A stretch of 32,000 nucleotides of DNA from Flavobacteriaceae bacterium (GTDB taxonomy: Bacteria > Bacteroidota > Bacteroidia > Flavobacteriales > Flavobacteriaceae), in assembly GCA_965224465.1 (NCBI GenBank), contig OZ245049.1:4680001-4712000 (forward strand). Reading direction: 5' to 3'. Numbering within the stretch: position 1 is the stretch's first letter; every line of letters starts with the position of its first letter. The notes beneath the pieces were generated by a model. It was not told the origin of the DNA. It was given only the letters and a program-made list of their open reading frames with translations, and searched no databases. This document shows positions 8,465 through 14,974 of the stretch, piece by piece. The position numbers and the translations under genes were made by a program.

Positions 8465-9325
8465 ATGATAACAACTAAATTTATTCCAAGTGTAAATTTT
8501 CATTTATGGGAACCTTGTAATATGCGTTGTAAATTTTGCTTTGCCACGTTTCAAGATGTGAAGCAAACTATTTTACCCAAAGGGCATTTATCAAAAGAAA
8601 AAGCGATAAACGTAGTTAAAAAATTAGCGGACTATGGTTTTAAAAAGATAACTTTTGCTGGTGGAGAACCTATGCTTTGTCCTTGGTTGCCAATGCTAAT
8701 TAAAACAGCAAAGGAGTTAGGGATGACAACGATGCTTGTTACAAATGGGAGTCAACTAACAGAACGTTTTTTAATAGAAAATAAAACCTATTTAGATTGG
8801 ATTGCTATTAGTATAGATAGCCTTAATGAGGCTACTAATTTAAACATAGGTAGGGCTATTGTGGGGAAACGTGCATTAACGGAGGCGTTTTATAAAGAGC
8901 GTATTAAGGATATAAAAAAGCATGGCTACGGTTTAAAAGTAAACACCGTTGTAAATGCGTACAATCACTTAGATGATTTTAACGATTTCATTAATTTTGC
9001 GAAACCTAAAAGATGGAAAGTATTACAAGTGTTACCAATAGAGGGGCAGAACGATCATAAAATAGATGCTTTTAAAATTAGTGGTAAGCAGTTTAATACT
9101 TTTGTAGCAAAACATGCGGGTTTAAATAGTATGGTGCCAGAATCTAATAATGAAATGCAGGGTAGTTATGTTATGATTGATCCTGCAGGTAGATTTTTTG
9201 ATAACTCTAAAGGTAAACATCACTACAGTCATTCTATAGTGAATAATGCCGTAGAAAAAGTAATTAAACAAGTTGATTACAGTTTTAAAAAATTCATACA
9301 AAGAGTTGGTTTGTATAATTGGTAG
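8465..9325 (+). CDS. prokaryotic viperin (pVip), radical-SAM antiviral nucleotide dehydratase family
   Basis: The 286-aa protein aligns by eye with animal viperin along its whole length. CNMRCKFCF (CxxxCxxC, nt 8516-8539) vs CNYKCGFCF; ITFAGGEPML vs INFSGGEPFL; VTNGSQL; LDWIAISIDS vs LDILAISCDS; RWKVLQVLPIEGQN vs RWKVFQCLLIEGEN; VPESNNEMQGSYVMIDP vs VPESNQKMKDSYLILD. It also ends in a C-terminal W. Confidence 0.9.
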   Translation: MITTKFIPSVNFHLWEPCNMRCKFCFATFQDVKQTILPKGHLSKEKAINVVKKLADYGFKKITFAGGEPMLCPWLPMLIKTAKELGMTTMLVTNGSQLTERFLIENKTYLDWIAISIDSLNEATNLNIGRAIVGKRALTEAFYKERIKDIKKHGYGLKVNTVVNAYNHLDDFNDFINFAKPKRWKVLQVLPIEGQNDHKIDAFKISGKQFNTFVAKHAGLNSMVPESNNEMQGSYVMIDPAGRFFDNSKGKHHYSHSIVNNAVEKVIKQVDYSFKKFIQRVGLYNW

Positions 9326-9494
9326 CTGAATATGCTTTGGGTATTTGATTATATAGAGAATAGGACCTCTTTTTTAATTGTAGATAGAACAATATTATGT
9401 TTTAGATAGAAATAAGGGAGGGGGTATTTAGAAAGGATTGGCTGTGCCATCCTAGAAGATGGGGCTGGGTAAGCATGTGAAAACTAATTGCTAT

Positions 9495-9538
9495 CACGTT
9501 TCTATTTGTGGTCTCGGTTATGGCTCAGTTTACCACTT
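9495..9538 (+). repeat. copy 1 of a ~45-bp imperfect direct repeat flanking the DUF45 remnant
   Basis: CACGTTTCTATTTGTGGTCTCGGTTATGGCTCAGTTTACCACTT. In frame it reads M*KLIAITFLFVVSVMAQ, a signal-peptide-like 5' gene end with a stop at codon 2. Confidence 0.5.
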
Positions 9539-9560
9539 TTATATATTCCGATGGTCTTGA

Positions 9561-9780
9561 CCGATTAAATTAAGGAAATTAGAAAAACGTAGAGGAAACT
9601 GTACACCATCGAATACAATTATCATCAATATAGATGCGATTAAATTACCTTAGAGTCCTTGTCCACGAAATAGTTCATGCTGAAATCAGAAGCCATTCTA
9701 AGTCGTTTTGGCTAGCACTGTTTAAGTGTATTGCTAACGAGAAGGTCTTGGATGAAAAGATGAATGAAATTGCAATTTAA
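9561..9780 (+). pseudogene. remnant of a DUF45/YgjP-like (M48-type HExxH) metal-dependent hydrolase gene
   Basis: Reads IKLRKLEKRRGNCTPSNTIIINIDAIKLP*. After a +1 shift it continues VLVHEIVHAEIRSHSKSFWLALFKCIANEKVLDEKMNEIAI*. This matches the rWGSC...ln..L..lP...vvHELaHl...nHs..FW core of DUF45. The N-terminal two thirds are missing, and there is an internal stop plus a frameshift. Confidence 0.65.
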
Positions 9781-9920
9781 TTCACCCTATAAAACGCTGC
9801 TACAAATAAATAGGTTTTTTTTAGGAAAGCCCTAAGTGATGACGGGATCAATATCTAATTTAATGCTAATATCACGCGCTACTTTTAATGTAGGCTCATT
9901 TTTACCTGTCAGGTGGCTGC

Positions 9921-9965
9921 CACGTTTCTATTTGTGCCACCGATTATGGTCAACTTGTGCCACTT
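9921..9965 (+). repeat. copy 2 of the ~45-bp imperfect direct repeat
   Basis: CACGTTTCTATTTGTGCCACCGATTATGGTCAACTTGTGCCACTT, preceded by the palindrome GTGGCTGCCAC. The first 16 nt are identical to copy 1 and the rest is about 60 percent identical. Confidence 0.5.
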
Positions 9966-10054
9966 AGTTTTGGGTATAAATGCTAAATATTGAGCTGTCT
10001 TTACTATTGCGATTGAAGGGGAGGGCTTGAGCTTGAATAATTTTTTGCAAACAT

Positions 10055-11146
10055 GTAAAAGTAGTTTCACTGCGTGAGTTGTTGGTTTTTTAGTTTTAAA
10101 GTTGAGTTTTTGGAGGGATTTGCTTTGCTTTCCCTGAGTGGGGGTTTAGGTACGTATGTAAAACCAATCTCACTGCTTGAGTTGTTGGTTTTTTAGTTTT
10201 AAAGTTGAGTTTTTGGAGGGATTTGCTTCGCTTTCCCAGAGTGGGGGTTTAGGTATGTATGTAAAACCAATATTAATGCGTGCGCTTTTTGGTTGTTTGT
10301 TTTTTAGGTTTAAAGTTGAGTTTTGGGTAGGGGATTCGCTTTGCTTTCCCAGAGTGGGGGTTTAGGTATATGTAAAACCACTCTCACTGCGTGAGTTGGT
10401 TGTTTTTTAGTTTTAAAGTTGAGTTTTGGGAGGGATTTGCTTTGCTTTCCCTGAGTGGGGGTCTTTTGTAAGCGTATAAAACCAAGCTCACTGCGTGAGT
10501 TGTTGGTTTTTTTAGTTTTAAAGTTGATTTTTTGGAGGGATTCGCTTCGCTTTCCCAGAGTGGGGGTTTAGGTATATGTAAAACCAATCTCACTGCGTGA
10601 GTTGTTGGTTGTTGGTTTTTTAGTTTTAAAGTTGAGTTTTGGGAGGGGATTCGCTTTGCTTTCCCTGAGTGGGGGTTTAGGTATGTATTTAAAACCAATC
10701 TCACTGCTTGAGTTGTTGGTTTTTTAGTTTTAAAGTTGAGTTTTGGGAGGGATTGCTTCGCGTTCCCAGAGTGGGGGTCTAGGTATGTATGTAAAACCAA
10801 TATTACTGCGTGAGTTGTTGGTTTTTTTAGTTTTAAAGTTGAGTTTTGGGAGGGGGGATTCGCTTTGCTTTCCCTGAGTGGGGGTTTAGGTATGTATGTA
10901 AAACCAATCTCACTGCGTGAGTTGTTGGTTGTTGGTTTTTTAGTTTTAAAGTTGATTTTTTGGAGGGATTCGCTTTGCTTTCCCTGAGTGGGGGTTTAGG
11001 TAAATGTAAAACCAATCTCACTGCGTGAGTTGTTGGTTGTTGTTTTTTTAGGTTTAAAGTTGAGTTTTGGGAGGGATTGCTTCGCGTTCCCAGAAGGGAA
11101 TCCTTGGCAAGCATATAAAACCAAGCTCACTGCGTGCGCTTTTTGG
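10055..11146. repeat. tandem array of ~11 units of a 100-112 bp repeat, each containing a terminator-like hairpin and a G-rich box
   Basis: Unit starts (CACTGCGTGAG) at about 10068, 10171, 10271, 10385, 10489, 10591, 10702, 10803, 10911, 11019 and 11127. Consensus: CACTGCGTGAGTTGTTGGTTTTTTAGTTTTAAAGTTGAGTTTTGGGAGGGATTCGCTTTGCTTTCCCTGAGTGGGGGTTTAGGTATGTATGTAAAACCAATCT. The hairpin AAAACCAAtCTCACtgcGTGAGttgTTGGTTTTTT spans each unit junction. Confidence 0.9.
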
Positions 11147-11205
11147 TTTTTTTATATCCCAAAAGTTACGAAAGCTAGCTTTCGACGTTTTGGGATATAA
11201 AAAAA
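11147..11205. repeat. 59-bp near-perfect palindrome between the array and the tRNA terminator
   Basis: TTTTTTTATATCCCAAAAgttaCGAAAGCT|AGCTTTCGacgTTTTGGGATATAAAAAAA. 26 paired positions (18 + 8) with one small internal loop. Confidence 0.85.
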
Positions 11206-11227
11206 CCAACACTCCCGTGTTGGTTTT
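11199..11227 (-). terminator. Rho-independent terminator downstream of tRNA-Ser copy 1
   Basis: Minus strand reads AAAACCAACACgggaGTGTTGGTTTTTTT, a 9-bp stem followed by a T7 run, 8 nt after the tRNA 3' end. Confidence 0.7.
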
Positions 11228-11234
11228 CCTTTTG

Positions 11235-11319
11235 CGGAGAAAGAGGGATTCGAACCCCCGGAGGTGTGACCCTCAACAGTTTTCAAGACTGCCGCATTCG
11301 ACCACTCTGCCATTTCTCC
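11235..11319 (-). tRNA. tRNA-Ser (anticodon UGA), long variable arm, no encoded CCA
   Basis: Reverse complement: GGAGAAATGGCAGAGTGGTCGAATGCGGCAGTCTTGAAAACTGTTGAGGGTCACACCTCCGGGGGTTCGAATCCCTCTTTCTCCG. Acceptor GGAGAAA/TTTCTCC, anticodon loop CT-TGA-AA, T-arm GGGGGTTCGAATCCCTC. Similar to E. coli tRNA-Ser(UGA). Confidence 0.9.
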
Positions 11320-11336
11320 AAAGCGTCTTGCGAGTG

Positions 11337-11344
11337 CAAATATA
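11337..11344 (-). promoter_or_regulatory. candidate Bacteroidota -7 promoter box (TATATTTG) for tRNA-Ser copy 1
   Basis: The minus strand reads TATATTTG (consensus TAnnTTTG) 18 nt upstream of the mature tRNA 5' end. The same octamer precedes tRNA copy 2 and aroC. Confidence 0.4.
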
Positions 11345-11409
11345 AACGCTTTTTTTGATTTTCAAGCATGTTTTTTATACAAAAGTATACTTGTTTGAGA
11401 TGCTGTTAG

Positions 11410-12138
11410 TTAAGATTTGAAATCTCTTAATTTTCCGTTTAAAATCAATGGAATATTCGCAGCTTCTCTATCAATAGCTCCGTTTTCGTCGCAGTCAAAA
11501 GATTTATAATTGATCGTAATCAATTTGATTTCCTTTTTTTCTAAGTAATCTTTTTTACGTTGTTTGTAAATGTCGATTTTTGCAGCTCTTGCGCTGTCTA
11601 AAAATCCTTCTTTTGCAATTTCTTCTTTAAAATAACTTTCGAATTCGATGGCTAATTTTAAGTCTTTGTAAAAAGCATCAATAGGCAATTTAGTTCTAGA
11701 TTTGCTGTTTTTATGCATGTCACCTAATAAGAAATCAAAAGTATGTTTACGTACCGCTGTTTGATTTAATATTTCATCACATAAGTTTAAAATAAAAGTC
11801 TCGTCACTGTTTTTAATAGTATTGAGTGCTTTTTGTTTGTTGGTGATGGTTGGTATTGCATTCGTAGGAGTGTATGTAGCTCCTACTTTTACGATGTACC
11901 AATAGATGGTTTTTTCGTTGCGTTCTGCATGTACACATGGAATTTGATCCAAGGTGTTGTTCTTGTCTAGCGTGCGTAAGAGTTTTCTTAGAGGCAATCC
12001 TTTTTTGTTGTCTTTGTTAAATATCCCACCTTTTATTAAAGCTGGCATTAAGTCTTTGGCTGGAATCCAGTTGGTGTCATGCTCCTCAAAGTACTTTGAA
12101 ATGATTTCGTTTATTTTGCTGATGCTATCGTTGTTCAT
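11410..12138 (-). CDS. hypothetical protein (242 aa from ATG; 253 aa from upstream TTG at 12171)
   Basis: Clean ORF between the two tRNA-Ser copies, same strand as both. No family recognised. The C-terminal segment LPIDAFYKDLKLAIEFESY faintly resembles a D...E.E/K restriction-endonuclease-fold core. Confidence 0.55.
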   Translation of the reverse strand: MNNDSISKINEIISKYFEEHDTNWIPAKDLMPALIKGGIFNKDNKKGLPLRKLLRTLDKNNTLDQIPCVHAERNEKTIYWYIVKVGATYTPTNAIPTITNKQKALNTIKNSDETFILNLCDEILNQTAVRKHTFDFLLGDMHKNSKSRTKLPIDAFYKDLKLAIEFESYFKEEIAKEGFLDSARAAKIDIYKQRKKDYLEKKEIKLITINYKSFDCDENGAIDREAANIPLILNGKLRDFKS

Positions 12139-12276
12139 GATCTTGGTATTTCTAAATGTATTTGTTGTCAAACGTTTATTTCAGGAATGACATGTTTTTA
12201 TTCTTGTTTTAACCTGAATTTGAGACGTGTAAGTTACAAAAATCAAGTCGTTTTATTTATAATTAATATAAAATAT

Positions 12277-12311
12277 AAAAACCTCACAATCAATAGATTA
12301 TGAGGTTTTTT
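12277..12311 (-). terminator. Rho-independent terminator downstream of tRNA-Ser copy 2
   Basis: Minus strand reads AAAAAACCTCAtaatctattgattgTGAGGTTTTTAT, directly after the tRNA 3' end. Confidence 0.55.
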
Positions 12312-12312
12312 G

Positions 12313-12397
12313 CGGAGAATGAGGGATTCGAACCCCCGGAGGTGTGACCCTCAACAGTTTTCAAGACTGCCGCATTCGACCACTCTGCCAATTCTCC
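12313..12397 (-). tRNA. tRNA-Ser (anticodon UGA), second copy
   Basis: Reverse complement: GGAGAATTGGCAGAGTGGTCGAATGCGGCAGTCTTGAAAACTGTTGAGGGTCACACCTCCGGGGGTTCGAATCCCTCATTCTCCG. Identical to copy 1 except for a compensatory swap of the seventh acceptor-stem base pair (A:U to U:A). Confidence 0.9.
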
Positions 12398-12428
12398 CGA
12401 GTGTCTTACAGTTTCCTGTTAGCGGTTG

Positions 12429-12436
12429 CAAATATA
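12429..12436 (-). promoter_or_regulatory. candidate -7 promoter box (TATATTTG) for tRNA-Ser copy 2
   Basis: The minus strand reads TTATATTTGCAAC. The box lies 32 nt upstream of the mature 5' end. Confidence 0.35.
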
Positions 12437-12541
12437 AGTCCTTTTTTGGATATACACGTGTGATTTTAATTTTTTTTAATGATTTTTTGAATTTAGTTTT
12501 TTATACTTTTATCCGTTATTAATATTAGAATCTTAAAGGAA

Positions 12542-13288
12542 ATGGATAGTGTGTTGGAAATTATATTGTTAGTAGGCGTAGGGCTTTTTGTAGGGGTTAT
12601 AAATACCCTTGCTGGAGGAGGGTCGTTAATCTCTTTGCCGCTCTTGATTTTTTTAGGTTTGCCTCCTGTAGTTGCTAATGGAACCAATAGAGTGGCAATT
12701 TTAATTCAAAATATATTTGGAGTTGCAGGATTTAAAAGTAAGGGAATAGATTTCTTTTCTTTTGGAAAATGGGCGGCAGCATCTGCATTAGTAGGAGCCG
12801 TTATTGGTGCTCAACTAGCGGTAGATATTAAAGGAGAATTGTTTAATAAGATTCTTGCTGTTGTGATGGTTTTTGTAGTGGTGTATATGGTGATTCCTAA
12901 AAAGAAACTTAAGGAAGAAATCCCATTGACTAAAAAGCGTAAATGGTGGTCTGTATTTTTATTCTTTTTTATAGGGCTCTACGGAGGATTTATTCAGGCA
13001 GGTGTCGGATTTCTTATCTTACTGATTCTCTCGAATGTCAATCAGTTTACTTTAATAAAGAGCAATGCCATTAAAATGTTTGTGGTATTGGTTTATATGG
13101 TGTTAACCGTGGCTATTTTTGCTTATAATGATAAGGTAAATTGGAAGTACGGAATTGCAATGGCTGTTGGAAGTGCTACAGGGGCGTGGTTGACCAGTAG
13201 GTATGCTGTTAAAAAAGGAGATCAATTGGTAAAGGTGGTCTTAATAATCATGGTGATAGGGATGGCTATAAAATTATGGTTTTTTTAG
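12542..13288 (+). CDS. TauE/SafE (TSUP) family sulfite-exporter-like membrane permease
   Basis: 248-aa polytopic membrane protein. LAGGGSLISLPLLIFLGLPPVVANGTNRV is the typical TSUP N-terminal repeat motif, with a second half-repeat GLYGGFIQAGVGFLIL. Confidence 0.8.
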   Translation: MDSVLEIILLVGVGLFVGVINTLAGGGSLISLPLLIFLGLPPVVANGTNRVAILIQNIFGVAGFKSKGIDFFSFGKWAAASALVGAVIGAQLAVDIKGELFNKILAVVMVFVVVYMVIPKKKLKEEIPLTKKRKWWSVFLFFFIGLYGGFIQAGVGFLILLILSNVNQFTLIKSNAIKMFVVLVYMVLTVAIFAYNDKVNWKYGIAMAVGSATGAWLTSRYAVKKGDQLVKVVLIIMVIGMAIKLWFF

Positions 13289-13425
13289 AGGTAAGTTATT
13301 AGAGTCATAAATAAAGGATTTTGTTTTAAAACAAGTTTTGACTACAGATAAACATTTGTTAAACAGGTTTTATTACATTTTATTTAATTCGATGCTGAAA
13401 ATTGAGTTATAAAAACAACAATCAT

Positions 13426-13433
13426 TATATTTG
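13426..13433 (+). promoter_or_regulatory. candidate -7 promoter box (TATATTTG) for aroC
   Basis: TATATTTG lies 28 nt upstream of the aroC ATG. Confidence 0.3.
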
Positions 13434-13460
13434 TAGGGAATTAAAGCATTTAAACTACAG

Positions 13461-14528
13461 ATGGCAAATACTATAGGAAAGATATTTACACTGACTACTT
13501 TTGGAGAGTCGCACGGTCCGGCATTAGGAGGTGTAATTGATGGCTGTCCAGCCGGAGTTGATATTGATTTTAACCAAATTCAAAAGGAACTTAATAGGCG
13601 TAAACCTGGGCAATCTAAAATTGTAACACAACGTAAAGAACCAGACGAAGTTGAGTTTTTGTCAGGGATTTTTGAAGGTAAAACAACGGGGACTTCTATT
13701 GGATTTATCATTAGAAATGCCAATCAAAAATCCAAAGATTACAACCATATAAAAGATGTGTACAGACCTTCTCATGCAGACTTTACGTATGATAAAAAAT
13801 ATGGACATCGCGATTATCGTGGTGGAGGACGTACTTCTGCTCGCGAAACAGTGAACTGGGTGGTTGCAGGCGCCATTGCAAAGCAAGTGATAAAATCTAT
13901 CGATATCAATGCATATACTTCATCTGTAGGTGATTTATTTTTAGAAAAGCCTTACCAAGAGTTGGATTTTAGTCAAACGGAATCCAATATAGTGCGTTGT
14001 CCTGATGCTGCTATTGCGGAGCAAATGATTTCAAAAATCGATGCGATTCGTAAACAAGGTGATACTATTGGAGGAACCGTTACATGTGTTCTTGAAAATG
14101 TACCTTTAGGACTGGGAGAACCTGTTTTTGATAAATTACATGCTCAATTAGGAAAGGCAATGTTATCAATAAACGCAGTAAAAGGATTCGAATACGGAAG
14201 TGGATTCTGTGGTGCTAAAATGAAAGGGAGTGAACACAACGATATTTTTAACGCTGATGGTTCTACTCAAACTAATTTATCTGGAGGAATTCAAGGTGGG
14301 ATTTCCAACGGAATGGATATCTATTTTAGAGTGGCATTCAAGCCTGTGGCAACCATTATGCAAGAACAAGATACGATTAATTCAAAAGGAGAAACGTTGA
14401 AAATGATGGGAAAAGGACGTCATGATCCATGTGTAGTTCCAAGAGCTGTTCCTATTGTGGAAGCCTTGTCAGCAATGGTCTTGTTGGATTGTATGTTGAT
14501 ACATCATGGTGCGAAAGCATCGTTTTAA
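13461..14528 (+). CDS. aroC: chorismate synthase
   Basis: 355 aa. N-terminus [24 protein letters not shown], then [18 protein letters not shown] and [17 protein letters not shown] are canonical AroC motifs. Confidence 0.95.
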   Translation: MANTIGKIFTLTTFGESHGPALGGVIDGCPAGVDIDFNQIQKELNRRKPGQSKIVTQRKEPDEVEFLSGIFEGKTTGTSIGFIIRNANQKSKDYNHIKDVYRPSHADFTYDKKYGHRDYRGGGRTSARETVNWVVAGAIAKQVIKSIDINAYTSSVGDLFLEKPYQELDFSQTESNIVRCPDAAIAEQMISKIDAIRKQGDTIGGTVTCVLENVPLGLGEPVFDKLHAQLGKAMLSINAVKGFEYGSGFCGAKMKGSEHNDIFNADGSTQTNLSGGIQGGISNGMDIYFRVAFKPVATIMQEQDTINSKGETLKMMGKGRHDPCVVPRAVPIVEALSAMVLLDCMLIHHGAKASF

Positions 14529-14633
14529 ACAAACTTAAGGGTCTGATAAGATAGCCTGTAAAAATGATTGTGTTAACATGTTTTTACACCCTGTTTATTT
14601 GTAATAGCTTTATAGACGGGTGATTAATAACGG

Positions 14634-14701
14634 CTACATTTTCAAGTGAAGCTTTAAAAATGGAATTATTTATATCGGTTGTTTTGGGGTGTACTTGGTA
14701 T
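14634..14701. repeat. degenerate copy of the dispersed palindromic (MITE/REP-like) element
   Basis: CTACATTTTCAAGTGAAGCTTTAAAAATGGAATTATTTATATCGGTTGTTTTGGGGTGTACTTGGTAT aligns with the copies at 14845 and 26000. Confidence 0.55.
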
Positions 14702-14764
14702 TGTACTTTGAATCTTCCACTTTTATAAAAATGTGAATATAAAAAATCAGAAAGACTGTATTTT

Positions 14765-14801
14765 AAAAAAGCCTAAGGTTATTAAATCTTAGGCTTTTTT
14801 T
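14765..14801. terminator. bidirectional Rho-independent terminator between convergent aroC and the aminotransferase gene
   Basis: AAAAAAGCCTAAGgttattaaatCTTAGGCTTTTTTT, with A/T runs on both sides. Confidence 0.75.
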
Positions 14802-14844
14802 GTAGGCGAATGTCAAGATGTCTTGCGTCTTGATTCCTGTTCTT

Positions 14845-14918
14845 ATACCAACTAAATTCCAAGTGACGGTTTAGAAAGGGAATTATTTATAGCGGTCATT
14901 TTGGATTGTAATTGGTAT
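14845..14918. repeat. dispersed palindromic (MITE/REP-like) element, compact copy
   Basis: ATACCAACTAAATTCCAAGTGACGGTTTAGAAAGGGAATTATTTATAGCGGTCATTTTGGATTGTAATTGGTAT. The terminal arms ATACCAA..TCCAA.TGAC are inverted copies of each other. Confidence 0.75.
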
Positions 14919-14974
14919 CATTGGTGTCATTGTTTTTAGAAATGATAAGAAGTCCGGATTCTTATGTTTCTTTT

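Noticed and set aside
10055-11146. CRISPR array interpretation of the tandem repeats
   Set aside because: There is no alternation of conserved repeats with unique spacers; the entire ~105-bp unit is repeated. No cas genes are in the window.
10177-11345. Track ORFs 10177-10365(+), 10384-10800(-), 10833-11114(-) and 11067-11345(+), which encode repetitive peptides such as PTTHAVRLVLHTYLNPHSGKAKRIPSQNSTLKLK
   Set aside because: They simply read through the tandem repeat. Unit lengths are not multiples of three, and the peptide repeats switch frame in mid-unit (HSGKAKRIPSQNS versus PPLRESKANPSQNS), so no frame is conserved. The last one also runs antisense across the tRNA-Ser gene.
12310-12522. 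70-aa ORF MRRMRDSNPRRCDPQQFSRLPHSTTL...
   Set aside because: It is the antisense translation of tRNA-Ser copy 2. The same peptide motif appears in the 11067-11345 ORF across copy 1.
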